In this document: piece by piece, positions 29,453 through 39,385 of the stretch
How the letters are laid out: every line of letters starts with the position of its first letter
Position numbering within the stretch: the first letter of the stretch is position 1
NCBI GenBank assembly: GCA_964421325.1
Contig: CAYQXH010000002.1
Location: forward strand, 6,159-70,158
Length of the DNA: 64,000 nucleotides
Reading direction: 5' to 3'
Source: an uncultured Propionibacteriaceae bacterium
Lineage (GTDB): Bacteria; Actinomycetota; Actinomycetes; Propionibacteriales; Propionibacteriaceae
Program-made: the position numbers and the translations under genes
Notes under the pieces: model-generated
Told to the model about the DNA's origin: nothing
What the model saw: the letters and a program-made list of their open reading frames with translations, nothing else
Database searches by the model: none

Positions 29453-30523
29453 ATGGCCGGATCGCCGGATGTCACCCTCACCCCGCGGGAGCGGACGGTG
29501 CTGGAGCTGGTGCGGCGGCGCTGGACCAACGCCGAGATCGCAGCCGAACTGGTCGTGTCGGTGCGCACGGTCGAGACCCACGTCTCGGCACTGCTCCGCA
29601 AGCTCGGCGCCGCGGACCGGCGGGAGCTGAGCCGCGGAGCCGGACCGGCACATCCTGCGGCCCCTGCCACCACCGACGGGACGAGCATCCGGTTCGTCGA
29701 GGTGGCCGGCGGCACCTCCCTTGCCATGGCCGAGTCCGGGACCGGCCGAACCCTCGTCAAGACCGCCACCTGGCTCACGCAGGTGGACAAGGACACAGTC
29801 ACCAGCCCGATCTGGGGTCACTGGGTGCGTGAGCTGGGCAAGCGCCACCGCTACGTCCGGTACGACCCGCGCGGCTGCGGCCTGTCCGACCGGGACCTTG
29901 CCGGCGCCGACCTGCGGAGCCTCGACCTGTGGATCGAGGACCTGGGTGCCGTCCTGGATACGCTCGGCACCGAACCGGTGGCCCTCCTCGGCATCTCCCA
30001 GGGCGGGCCGGTCGCCTTCGGGTTCGCCGCCCGCCATCCCGAGCGCGTCTCGCACCTGGTGCTCTACGGTACCTACGCCTGCGGCATGCGCCGTCGCGGT
30101 GACCCCGTCCAGGAGGACGAGGCGACGCTCCAGGTAGACCTCGCCAGGGTGGCCTGGCGCACCGAGAACGAGCGTTTCCGGGAGACCTTCGCCCGGCAGT
30201 TCGTACCGGAGGCCGGGCCGGAGGAGATCAACTGGTTCAACGAGCAGCTCCGCACCACCACAACGCCGCAGAACGCCCCGGTGCTGGAGTCGGCGTTCCA
30301 CGACCTCTACGCCAGCGACCTGGCCAGGCAGGTCCGGGTGCCCACCCTGGTGCTGCACGCGACCGGCGACCGCGGAGTGCCGTTCGAACAGGGCCGCCGG
30401 CTCGCCGGCCTGATTCCGGGCGCCCGCTTCGTCGCCCTGAACAGCCGCAACCACATCCTGCTGCAGCGCGACATCGCCTTCGCCCAATTCCTCGACGAGG
30501 TCGAGCGGTTCCTGCAGGCCTGA
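29453..30523 (+). CDS. LuxR-HTH fused to alpha/beta hydrolase
   Basis: LTPRERTVL...TNAEIAAELVVSVRTVETHVSALLRKLG; RYDPRGCGLS, GISQGG, GD, NH triad. Confidence 0.9.
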   Translation: MAGSPDVTLTPRERTVLELVRRRWTNAEIAAELVVSVRTVETHVSALLRKLGAADRRELSRGAGPAHPAAPATTDGTSIRFVEVAGGTSLAMAESGTGRTLVKTATWLTQVDKDTVTSPIWGHWVRELGKRHRYVRYDPRGCGLSDRDLAGADLRSLDLWIEDLGAVLDTLGTEPVALLGISQGGPVAFGFAARHPERVSHLVLYGTYACGMRRRGDPVQEDEATLQVDLARVAWRTENERFRETFARQFVPEAGPEEINWFNEQLRTTTTPQNAPVLESAFHDLYASDLARQVRVPTLVLHATGDRGVPFEQGRRLAGLIPGARFVALNSRNHILLQRDIAFAQFLDEVERFLQA

Positions 30524-30649
30524 CCCGGGGCCGCGACGGCGGCTACGTGGTTTCCACCGAGTCGAAGACCCGTGGCCACCCCGGATGTGGCTCCGCCGGC
30601 TGCGGACAAGGCTGGGAACCACACCACTACTCCCACCGGAGGTAACGAA

Positions 30650-31213
30650 ATGACCCTCACCGACCATCCCGCCCGCAACGGCGTCGACGTCGACACCCTG
30701 TTCGCCACGCTCGACGCGGTGAAGAGCAGTCCCGAGATCGCCAAGTTCAGGTTCCGCGCCACCAACCGCTGGGTGAGCGGCACCAACAGCCGTTCCACGA
30801 TCCACGAGTTCCACGGCGCGATGCAGGAACTCACCCACGTCGAGCCGCGCAGCTACGAGGCCGACCACCCTGCGGTCCTCACCGGACAGGACCGTGGATC
30901 GACGCCGGTCGAGTTCCTGCTGCACGCGCTGGCCGCCTGCCTCACCGCAGGCATCGCCAACATCGCTGCCGTCCGTGGCGTCCAGCTCGATGAGGTCAGT
31001 TCGACCGTCGAGGGCGACATCGACCTGATGGGGCTCCTCGGTCTCGACGGCGGGGTCCGCAACGGCTTCCAGCAGATCCGGGTCTCCTTCCGGATGCGCG
31101 GTGACGACCCGGACGCGCTCCGCCGGGTGCTGGAGCAGTCGAAGGCCCGCTCAGCCGTCCTGGACATGCTGACCCACCCGGTCCAGGTCACGATCGACGT
31201 CGACGCCGGTTGA
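30650..31213 (+). CDS. OsmC family protein
   Basis: RNGVDV, ADHPAVL, TPVEFLLHALAACL, SAVLD; GGAGG RBS. Confidence 0.9.
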   Translation: MTLTDHPARNGVDVDTLFATLDAVKSSPEIAKFRFRATNRWVSGTNSRSTIHEFHGAMQELTHVEPRSYEADHPAVLTGQDRGSTPVEFLLHALAACLTAGIANIAAVRGVQLDEVSSTVEGDIDLMGLLGLDGGVRNGFQQIRVSFRMRGDDPDALRRVLEQSKARSAVLDMLTHPVQVTIDVDAG

Positions 31214-31241
31214 CAGCCGGCAACCGCCAGGAGGACGAACC

Positions 31242-32411
31242 ATGACAACCGAAGCACCTGATGTGGTCGTGGTCGGGGCCAGGGCAGCCGGCGCCGCCAC
31301 AGCGATGCTGCTGGCCGGGGCGGGGCTCTCGGTCATCGTCCTCGACCAGGATCGCGAAGGCGCCGACACCCTCTCGACGCACGCACTGCTCCGGGGCGGG
31401 GTGCTGCAGCTGCACCGCTGGGGCCTGCTCAGCGAGGTGGTGGCTGCCGGCACTCCGCCGATCCGGGAGACGACGTTCCGGTACACCGACTCCGAACTGG
31501 CCATCCCGATCAAGCCGGCCGACGGCGTGGATGCCCTGTACGCGCCGCGCCGCACCGTGCTCGACCCGATCCTGGTCGGCGCCGCTCGCAGGGCAGGGGC
31601 CGAGGTCCGGTTCGGCCAGCGGCTGGTGGGGCTGGCCGTGGAGGGCGGCGCGGTCACCGGTGTCGTGGTTCGGGACCGGAAGCTCGGGAACCGGCTGGTC
31701 GCGGGCCGGCTGGTGATCGGCGCGGACGGTCGACGCTCGACGCTGGCCCGGCTGGTCCAGGCTCCGGTCACTCACCGGGCCCGGCACACTAGTTCGTTCG
31801 TCTACGGCTACTTCGGCGGCCTGCCCACCAGCGGTTACGAATGGGCCTACCGCCCGGAGGGGACGGCCGGGTTCATCCCGACCAACGGCGGCCTGACGTG
31901 CGTGTTCGCCGGGCACCATCCGGCCGTCGTCGGCCGGGGCGGCCTGGAGGTGCTGCACTCGGTGGTCTCGGCTGCATCCCCCGGCATGGGCGAGCGGCTG
32001 CGAGCGGGCCGGCTGGCCTCGCCGGTGCGGGCCTTCACCGGACAGCCCGGGCTGCTTCGCCGCCCTTGGGGTCCGGGTTGGGCCCTGGTCGGGGACGCCG
32101 GCTCCTGGAAGGACCCGATCAGTGCCCACGGCCTCACCGACGCCCTGCGGGACGCGGAACTGCTGGCCCGCGCGGTCACAGCCGACCTGGCCGAGGATCG
32201 GCGCAATCCGTGGGCCTACCAGGCCTACGAGCGGATCCGGAACCACCTCACGGTCCCGATCCTCCGCGGCAGCGACGAGATCGCCGCCATGGGCTGGGAC
32301 GACGCCCGGATCCGGGAACTCCTGGTCGAGCTGAATGTCGCCATGAACGCCGAGATGGCGACCATCGCGACGTTCACCCGGCCGGAACTGGCGGTCGGTT
32401 CGGCGGTCTGA
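31242..32411 (+). CDS. FAD-dependent monooxygenase/oxidoreductase
   Basis: VVVGARAAG, GADG, LVGDAG...DPISAHG. Confidence 0.9.
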   Translation: MTTEAPDVVVVGARAAGAATAMLLAGAGLSVIVLDQDREGADTLSTHALLRGGVLQLHRWGLLSEVVAAGTPPIRETTFRYTDSELAIPIKPADGVDALYAPRRTVLDPILVGAARRAGAEVRFGQRLVGLAVEGGAVTGVVVRDRKLGNRLVAGRLVIGADGRRSTLARLVQAPVTHRARHTSSFVYGYFGGLPTSGYEWAYRPEGTAGFIPTNGGLTCVFAGHHPAVVGRGGLEVLHSVVSAASPGMGERLRAGRLASPVRAFTGQPGLLRRPWGPGWALVGDAGSWKDPISAHGLTDALRDAELLARAVTADLAEDRRNPWAYQAYERIRNHLTVPILRGSDEIAAMGWDDARIRELLVELNVAMNAEMATIATFTRPELAVGSAV

Positions 32412-32447
32412 GCTGCCCGCCCCGGGGATGTCGAAGGGGTGCCGGGT

Positions 32448-33014
32448 TCAGGCTGCGAGCCCGGTCCCGGCGAAGCGCTTCCGGTACGTCTCGATCTCGA
32501 TGGCGAAGACACCCTCGACCTCCACGGCGACGGTTGGCCACCAGAAGTTGATGTCGGTGGCCGAGATCGTCCCGGCAATGGCACGGACACTCTCCCCGGC
32601 CCGGACGTCGGCACTCCGCAGCGCGATGTAGTCCCGGTTGGACCGGTCGAGGCAGGCGATCTCAGGCTGGTCGAGCAACCGGAACGCGGCCACCGGGTGC
32701 AGCGAGTCGAGTCTCGCTGCGAGCGCCGAGCGAAGGATCGAGGTGTTGGTCCAGCCGAGCACCTGGTATACGTGGCGCTCGAGGCCGGTGCCGTCGTCGA
32801 GGCCGTCCAGGGCCCGACCCGGCGTCCAGGTGATCATCGGATCGACCACTCGACGATCCACCGAGTGGGTCTTGACCAGCTCGAGCAGGGCTGCCGCGGT
32901 CTGCTCTGCATGCCGGTAGTAGCCGTCGTCGACCGGGTGGTCCGTTGACCCTGCCGGTGCGGTCCTCGCGCGAGCGGCGGGATACGACGTCTTCGTTGGC
33001 ATGATTCCCTCCAT
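32448..33014 (-). CDS. Hypothetical protein
   Basis: Plausible globular composition and codon usage; no motif recognised; start 33014 or 33002. Confidence 0.6.
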   Translation of the reverse strand: MEGIMPTKTSYPAARARTAPAGSTDHPVDDGYYRHAEQTAAALLELVKTHSVDRRVVDPMITWTPGRALDGLDDGTGLERHVYQVLGWTNTSILRSALAARLDSLHPVAAFRLLDQPEIACLDRSNRDYIALRSADVRAGESVRAIAGTISATDINFWWPTVAVEVEGVFAIEIETYRKRFAGTGLAA

Positions 33015-33179
33015 GGTCCTTGCCTACGTTGGAGGTCCGGACTTCTGCGGCTGATACCTGCTGCTCATGCAACTCCGCCCAGGCGGTGCAGGAACAGACC
33101 CCGTACGGGCGACAAGGGCCGCTGACCGGGCAGGTCGGTCCCGGCCGGGCAACGCCGGGCGGGGCTCAGCCCGTCGGGT

Positions 33180-33608
33180 TCAGCTCCCGATCCGGCGGTG
33201 CCACCAGTGCGCGAGCCCGATCTCGATCAGGCCGATCACCGCGATCACCGGCTGCAGGAAGTAGTACTCCTGCAACAGCGCCAGCTGCATGACGATCCAG
33301 ATCAGCAGCGAGCCGCCGGCGAGGTAGCCGGCCAGAATGCCGAGCCTCGGACGACCCGGCATCAGCAGGGCCGGAGCGGCTGCCAGGAGGTGCGGCACGC
33401 CGATGAGGCCGATCAGGATCCAGCCCGGCCCGACCCAGGAGTCGAACGGCGTCCGTTGCAGCCATTCGGTCGGCAGCTGCCAGGTGTCCGTCATCAGGCC
33501 GATGCCCCCGCTGACTGCCTGGTAGGCGATGAACAGCTCGACAACGGCCAGGGTCCAGGCCTGCCAGGTGCGCCTGGTGCGCGGTTCCGCAACGGTGGCA
33601 ACGGTCAT
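33180..33608 (-). CDS. Four-TM membrane protein
   Basis: GGIGLM...WLQRTPFDSWVGPG pattern; hydrophobic helices; GAGGAG RBS. Confidence 0.8.
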   Translation of the reverse strand: MTVATVAEPRTRRTWQAWTLAVVELFIAYQAVSGGIGLMTDTWQLPTEWLQRTPFDSWVGPGWILIGLIGVPHLLAAAPALLMPGRPRLGILAGYLAGGSLLIWIVMQLALLQEYYFLQPVIAVIGLIEIGLAHWWHRRIGS

Positions 33609-33781
33609 CGGGTTCTCTCCTCGTCAACCAGAAATGATTCCAGCCGAGGTGGGGGTCGCGCAGACGAATGCCCGGAAATCCGGCCTTGCCTCGGTGGCTG
33701 GCCCGCGGCCGGCGGCTTCACGTCGCCGGCGCCCCCGAGGTGGACGCCGCGATACCTCTCACCGGAGCTGCGGGAGTTCGA

Positions 33782-34078
33782 TCAGGGCTCCTGGAGCCGG
33801 AGGGCCACCGTCACGAGGTCGCCGTCCTCGAGGTCCTCGGCCTTGCGGACCGCCTTCTTCACCGGCAGCACGTAGGTGCCCCTGCCGGAGTCGGGGAAGA
33901 CCGATGTCTGCCAGGTCGTGCCTCCGATCCTGACCTCGACCCGCACCGAGCCGAAGGCTGTGGGCGGACCGGACGCCAGCCGGAAGCCTTCCGCCACGTC
34001 GACCGGGAGGCTGACGAACCGCCAGGCCTCCTCTGCCTGAGCGCGCCACAGCGTGCCGGTGAAGGTGAACTCCGCCAC
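33782..34078 (-). CDS. DUF1905 domain protein
   Basis: AWRFVSLP, FGSVRVEVRIG..WQTSVFP, YVLPVKKAVR. Confidence 0.88.
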   Translation of the reverse strand: MAEFTFTGTLWRAQAEEAWRFVSLPVDVAEGFRLASGPPTAFGSVRVEVRIGGTTWQTSVFPDSGRGTYVLPVKKAVRKAEDLEDGDLVTVALRLQEP

Positions 34079-34120
34079 TCCAGTCCTCTCCGCTACCCGG
34101 ATCGCGCCGCGCCCCCGGCC

Positions 34121-34681
34121 TCAGCTGTTCCAGCGGAGGATCGCTGCCGACTCCTTCTCGCGTCCCAGGATCGAGACGCTGCCCACCTCGAGCGGGAAGC
34201 TCTGGCCGAACATGATCGGGAAGTCGAGCCAACACAACGCCAGCACCCTGGAGGCGTGCCCGTGCCCGAAGCAGATCGCCCGCTCCACCCCGGACGCGCG
34301 CACCCGGGCCACGATTCGGGTCAGCCGCGCGCGCACCTCGTCGGCCGACTCACCGCCGGCGCAGCCGTTGAACCAGATCCGCCAGCCGGGACGCTGCTCC
34401 CGGATCTGGGCGCTGGTGAGACCCTCGAAGTCGCCGTAGTACCACTCGGCCAGGTCCGCATCCACCTCGTAGTCCCGGAAGCCGGCCAGCTCGGCCGTCC
34501 GCTGGGCCCGGAGCCGTGGGCTGCTCAGCACCAGGTCGAAGGCTGCCGGGTCGAGGCGGGAACGCAACGACCTGGCCTGCTCCACCCCGTACTCGGTCAG
34601 GTCCAGGTCGGTGATCGACGTGTGCTGGCCGGAGCGGCTCCACTCGGTCTGTCCGTGGCGCACCAGGTAGAGGAGCGTCAT
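34121..34681 (-). CDS. Histidine phosphatase family protein
   Basis: [29 protein letters not shown]. Confidence 0.92.
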   Translation of the reverse strand: MTLLYLVRHGQTEWSRSGQHTSITDLDLTEYGVEQARSLRSRLDPAAFDLVLSSPRLRAQRTAELAGFRDYEVDADLAEWYYGDFEGLTSAQIREQRPGWRIWFNGCAGGESADEVRARLTRIVARVRASGVERAICFGHGHASRVLALCWLDFPIMFGQSFPLEVGSVSILGREKESAAILRWNS

Positions 34682-37173
34682 TCGTTGTCCCCGCCGGTGG
34701 TCTTGACCGCAGAACTGCCGTCACCGACGGCGTCGCCGGCGTCGGGCCACAACCAGTCGGCGATCTCGGGGAGGTCGGTGCCCCACTCGTGGGCGTAGGC
34801 CCTGGCCTCGATCCGCTTGTCGACCATGGCCTGCCGCACCGTCGCGTACCGGGAACGCAGGCCCTCGACGCGGTCGATCACGTCGATCACCAGGTGGAAC
34901 CGGTCGATGTCGTTCAGCATGCACATGTCGAACGGCGTGGTGGTGGAGCCCTTCTCCTTGAAGCCCCGCACGTGCAGGTTCTTGTGGTTGGTCCGGCGGT
35001 ACGCCAGCCGGTGCACCAGCCACGGATAGCCGTGGAAGGCGAAGATGACCGGCTTGTCCGCGGTGAAGATGGTGTCGAAGTCGCGGTGGCTGAGGCCGTG
35101 CGGGTGCTCGGCCTCGTCCTGCAGGCGCATCAGGTCGACCACGTTCACCACCCGGACCTTCAGGTCGGGGATGTGCTGGCGCAGCAGGTCGGCTGCGGCC
35201 AGCACCTCAAGGGTCGGGACGTCACCGGCGCAGGCCAGCACCACGTCCGGATCGGTACCGGTCACCTCGGTGCCGGCCCACTCCCAGATGCCCAGCCCCC
35301 TGGTGCAGTGCGCGATCGCCTCATCCATGTTCAGGAATACCGGCTCGGGCTGCTTGCCGGCAACCACGACGTTCACGTACTGCTTGCTGCGCAGGCAGTG
35401 GTCGAAGGTCGACAGCAGGGTGTTCACGTCCGGCGGCAGGTACACCCGGATGACTTCGGGCGACTTGTTCATGACGACGTCGAGGAAGCCGGGGTCCTGG
35501 TGGCTGAAGCCGTTGTGGTCCTGGCGCCAGACGTGCGAGCTGAGCAGGTAGTTCAGCGAAGCCACCGGACGCCGCCAGCCGATCTGGTTGGTGGACTCCA
35601 TCCACTTGGCGTGCTGGTTGAACATCGAGTCGACCACGTGGATGAACGCCTCGTAGGAGCTCATCATCCCGTGCCGCCCGGTGAGCAGGTAGCCCTCCAG
35701 CCAGCCCTGGCACTGGTGCTCGCTGAGCACCTCCATCACCTGGCCGTGCTTGCGCATCGGGTCGGGCTCATCGGTGGGCAGGTACTCGGCGAGCCACTGC
35801 TTCGGGGTCGCCTCGTAAACCCCCTGCAGGCGGTTCGAAGCGGTCTCGTCCGGCCCGAAGACCCGGAAGTTGTCCGGATTCAGGCGGGCGACCTCTGCGA
35901 AGAACTCCCCGAGCCGCTTGGTGGACTCGACCATCGGGCCCCCGTGGCCGTCGGCGTCCGGCTCGACGGCGAAGTCGCGGAAGTCCGGCATGATCAGGTC
36001 CTTGAGCAACATGCCGCCGTTGGCCACCGGGTTGGCCGACATCCGCAGGTCACCAGGGGGCCGGAGCACGTCGAACCTCGGCAGGAACCGGCCCCCCTCG
36101 TCGAAGAGCTCCTCCGGCGCGTAGCTCTGCAGCCAGTCGGCCAGCACCTTCAGGTGCTCCGCCGAGTCCCGCGCACTGGCCAACGGCACCTGGTGGCTGC
36201 GCCAGTGGTCCTCGGTCTGCTTGCCGTCGACCGACTTCGGCCCGGTCCAGCCCTTCGGGCTCTTGAACACGATCATCGGCCAGCGGGGACGCTCCACAGC
36301 CTCCGCGTCCAGCTCCCCGGCCTGCGCCTTGATCGCCGCGATCCTGTCCAGTGCCTCGTCGAGCAGCTTCGCGAACCGGCGGTGCGTCTCGAGGTGGTCG
36401 TCGTCCGGGCCGACCTCGAAGAACAGCGGCTCATGCCCGTAGCCGCGCATCAGCTCGGCCAGCTCCGCCTGCGGGATCCGGGCCAGCAGGGTCGGGTTGG
36501 CGATCTTGTAGCCGTTCAGGTGCAGGACGGGCAGCACCACACCGTCGGTCTTGGGGTTGACGAACTTGTTGCCGTGCCAGCCGGTGGCCAGCGGGCCGGT
36601 CTCGGCCTCACCGTCCCCGACGACGGCGAAGGTGAGCTGGTCGGGGGCGTTGAACACCGAACCGTAGGCGTGCGAGAGCGAGTAGCCGAGTTCCCCGCCC
36701 TCGTGGATCGAACCGGGGCATTCCGGCGAGACGTGGGACGGGATGCCCCCGGGAAAGGAGAACTGCTTGAACAGCCGGCCCATGCCGGCCTCGTCACGGG
36801 TGATGCTCGGGTAGATCTCGGTGTAGGTCTCGTCGAGGTAGGCGTTGGCCACCAGGCCGGGACCGCCGTGGCCCGGGCCGGCGATGTAGATGGCGTTGAG
36901 CCGGCGCTCGACGATGGCCCGGTTGAAGTGCGCGTACAGGAAGTTCAGGCCGGGCGTCGTGCCCCAGTGCCCGAGCAGGCGTCGTTTCACGTCGTCGCGG
37001 CTCAACGGCCGACGCAGCAGCGGGTTGTCCAGCAGGTAGATCTGGCCGACCGAGAGATAGTTGGCGGCCCGCCACCACCCTTCGAGCAACTCGGCCGTCT
37101 CGTCACTGATCGTCTCCGGTGCGTCCTGCGGACGGGACCGCCAGGCGGTTGCTGTGGTGGGCTGCTTCGACAT
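34678..37173 (-). CDS. xfp: Phosphoketolase (xylulose-5-P/fructose-6-P)
   Basis: [52 protein letters not shown]. Confidence 0.96.
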   Translation of the reverse strand: MSKQPTTATAWRSRPQDAPETISDETAELLEGWWRAANYLSVGQIYLLDNPLLRRPLSRDDVKRRLLGHWGTTPGLNFLYAHFNRAIVERRLNAIYIAGPGHGGPGLVANAYLDETYTEIYPSITRDEAGMGRLFKQFSFPGGIPSHVSPECPGSIHEGGELGYSLSHAYGSVFNAPDQLTFAVVGDGEAETGPLATGWHGNKFVNPKTDGVVLPVLHLNGYKIANPTLLARIPQAELAELMRGYGHEPLFFEVGPDDDHLETHRRFAKLLDEALDRIAAIKAQAGELDAEAVERPRWPMIVFKSPKGWTGPKSVDGKQTEDHWRSHQVPLASARDSAEHLKVLADWLQSYAPEELFDEGGRFLPRFDVLRPPGDLRMSANPVANGGMLLKDLIMPDFRDFAVEPDADGHGGPMVESTKRLGEFFAEVARLNPDNFRVFGPDETASNRLQGVYEATPKQWLAEYLPTDEPDPMRKHGQVMEVLSEHQCQGWLEGYLLTGRHGMMSSYEAFIHVVDSMFNQHAKWMESTNQIGWRRPVASLNYLLSSHVWRQDHNGFSHQDPGFLDVVMNKSPEVIRVYLPPDVNTLLSTFDHCLRSKQYVNVVVAGKQPEPVFLNMDEAIAHCTRGLGIWEWAGTEVTGTDPDVVLACAGDVPTLEVLAAADLLRQHIPDLKVRVVNVVDLMRLQDEAEHPHGLSHRDFDTIFTADKPVIFAFHGYPWLVHRLAYRRTNHKNLHVRGFKEKGSTTTPFDMCMLNDIDRFHLVIDVIDRVEGLRSRYATVRQAMVDKRIEARAYAHEWGTDLPEIADWLWPDAGDAVGDGSSAVKTTGGDNE

Positions 37174-37306
37174 CGTTCTCCTCGGTGGTCCGGGTTGCTG
37201 CCGTCGCGGTCATTCTTACCCCAGGCGAGCTGGACGCGCGAGCACGGCTGCCCCCGGCAGCGGGCGGGGGGCGACCAGTCGCCGTCGGGAGTGGGCCACG
37301 CCCGGC

Positions 37307-39220
37307 CTAGATGGCCAGCCCGCAGGCGAACCCCTCCCGGCTGGCGACCAGGCCGTCTGCAGCCTCCACTGCGTCGCCGATGGCCCGGACGTCGGTCGTG
37401 CCCTCGATCTCGTCCAGCAGGGCCACCCTCGGCGTCATCCCGAGCGCCAGCACCACGGTGTCGCAGGGCAGGATCCTGGCCTTGCCGCGTTGCTCGACCC
37501 GCACCGCGGCGTCGGAGATCCCGGTGATGGTCGCATCGACCACCTCCTCGACCTTCAACCGTTCCAGTTCCAGCATCAGGAAGCGGCGCCGCGCCGCATT
37601 CTCCTCAAGGGCCACCCCCGGCAGTTGGTCGACGATCGCCACCTCCCGTCCGATCGAGGCCAGGTAGAGCGCGGTCTCGCTGCCGATCATGCCGCCGCCG
37701 GCGACCACCACCCGGTGCCCGACCGGGGCTCGCCCGGCCAGGACGTCACAGGCTTCGGCGACGTTCGCGCCCTCGATGCCGGGAATCGGCGGACGCACAT
37801 GCCTCGCGCCGGCCCCGTACACCACGACGTCGGCCCGTTCGGCCGCGACCACGTCCGCGGTCACCTCCGAGGACAGCCTGACCGTGACGCCCAGCCGCTC
37901 GAGTTCCTCACCCAGCCAGGTGATGTAGGAGATCAACTCCCCCTTCGCCGGCGGGATGGCCCCGATCTGGAAGTTGCCGCCGAGGTGGTCGGAGCGTTCC
38001 CGCAGCACCACCTCGTGACCGACCAGCCTGGCCGCGCGGGCAGCCTCAAGGCCGGCTGGGCCGCCACCGACCACCAGGACCTTCCTGGCGACCGCTGCCG
38101 GCTTGACCTCGGCAGCGCCCTCGTAGCCCAGCGATGGATTCACCAGGCACCTGATCGGCTGGTTGAGGAACAGGATCGAGATGCAGCCCTGGTTGCAGCC
38201 GATGCACTCGCGGATCTGATCGGAGTGGCCCTCGGCATACTTGCGGGGCAGGTCCGGATCAGCGAGCGACGCCCGGCCGAAGGAGATCAGGTCGGCCTGG
38301 CCGGCCTGCAGGACGGTCTCGGCAACCTCCGGGGTCTTGATCCGGCCCACGACCTGAACCGGGATCGAGACCACCTGCTTCACCTCGGCCGCTGCTTCAG
38401 TGAGCCAGGCGTACCTGGTACCCAGCGGTGGGATGATCGCCCAGGCGCTCTCGTAGGTGCCTGCGCTGAGGTGGATCAGGTCCACCCCGGCCGCCTCGAG
38501 CTGCTGGCAGACGACCTTGGTCTCGGCGAGGTCGCGGCCGCCGATCACGTACTCGTCCGCCGAGATCCGGAACGAGACGACGAAGCCGTTCCCGCACTTG
38601 GCCCTGATGTCGGCGATGATCTCCAGCGCGAACCGGAGCCGGTTCCCCAGCGGGCCCCCGTAGGAGTCGGTGCGCTTGTTGGAGTAGGACGAGAGGAACT
38701 GGGCGATCAGGTAGCCGTGCGCGCCGTGCACCTCCACCCCGTCGAAGCCGGCCTCCCGGGCCCGTCGCGCCGTGTCGCCGAACTGGCCGACGATGGTGTG
38801 GATCTCCTCGACGCTCAACGGCCGGGGCACCTCCCCCATCGAGGGACAGGGCAGGGCTGAGGCCGAGACCGGCTGGGCGCCGATCAGGGCTGCAGAGGTC
38901 TGGCGCCCACAGTGGTAGATCTGGGCGAAGATCTTCGCCCCGGCGGCGTGGATGCGCTTGGTCAGCTCGCGGTGCGGCGAGATCTGTTCGTCCTTCCACA
39001 GGCCCGCGCACCAGAACCCGCGGCCCAGCGGGTCTACGGCGTAGTCCTCGGTGATGATCAGTCCGAAGCCGCCGTGCGCCCTGGCCTCGTGGTAGGCGAT
39101 GTACTGCTCGGTCGGCATGCCGTCCTCGTCGCAGTAGCAGGTGACCATCGGTGCGACGGCCATGCGGTTCTTGAGTTCCAGGTTCCCCACCCGCAGTGGC
39201 GAAAGAAGAGTCGGCGACAT
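37307..39220 (-). CDS. NADH:flavin oxidoreductase (OYE TIM barrel + 4Fe-4S + FAD domain; FadH/BaiH-like)
   Basis: LKNRMAVAPM, GFDGVEVHGAHGYLI, CIGCNQGC...C, VGGGPAG; AAGGAG RBS. Confidence 0.92.
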   Translation of the reverse strand: MSPTLLSPLRVGNLELKNRMAVAPMVTCYCDEDGMPTEQYIAYHEARAHGGFGLIITEDYAVDPLGRGFWCAGLWKDEQISPHRELTKRIHAAGAKIFAQIYHCGRQTSAALIGAQPVSASALPCPSMGEVPRPLSVEEIHTIVGQFGDTARRAREAGFDGVEVHGAHGYLIAQFLSSYSNKRTDSYGGPLGNRLRFALEIIADIRAKCGNGFVVSFRISADEYVIGGRDLAETKVVCQQLEAAGVDLIHLSAGTYESAWAIIPPLGTRYAWLTEAAAEVKQVVSIPVQVVGRIKTPEVAETVLQAGQADLISFGRASLADPDLPRKYAEGHSDQIRECIGCNQGCISILFLNQPIRCLVNPSLGYEGAAEVKPAAVARKVLVVGGGPAGLEAARAARLVGHEVVLRERSDHLGGNFQIGAIPPAKGELISYITWLGEELERLGVTVRLSSEVTADVVAAERADVVVYGAGARHVRPPIPGIEGANVAEACDVLAGRAPVGHRVVVAGGGMIGSETALYLASIGREVAIVDQLPGVALEENAARRRFLMLELERLKVEEVVDATITGISDAAVRVEQRGKARILPCDTVVLALGMTPRVALLDEIEGTTDVRAIGDAVEAADGLVASREGFACGLAI

Positions 39221-39385
39221 TTCGCATCTCCTTCGAGGGCGGCGAGAGCGTCGTTGCCTCACCTCGGCACCCCGGGCCCAGGGGCCACGGACCGCCAATT
39301 CCCACGCTAGTCGCCGGAGGCCGGGCCGGTGGTCGGCAGCACAAACTGGTCCCGGTGCCCGCCGTAGCCGGAGCAGAATCGAGGG

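Noticed and set aside
29366-30925. N-terminal extension of the 838-aa ORF 28409-30925
   Set aside because: Antisense to the LuxR-hydrolase and OsmC genes; the LLM protein starts at 29365
34789-37527. 912-aa + strand ORF and similar long antisense ORFs (e.g. 61630-63765, 12557-13963)
   Set aside because: Stop-poor shadow frames typical of ~70% GC DNA, opposite well-supported genes
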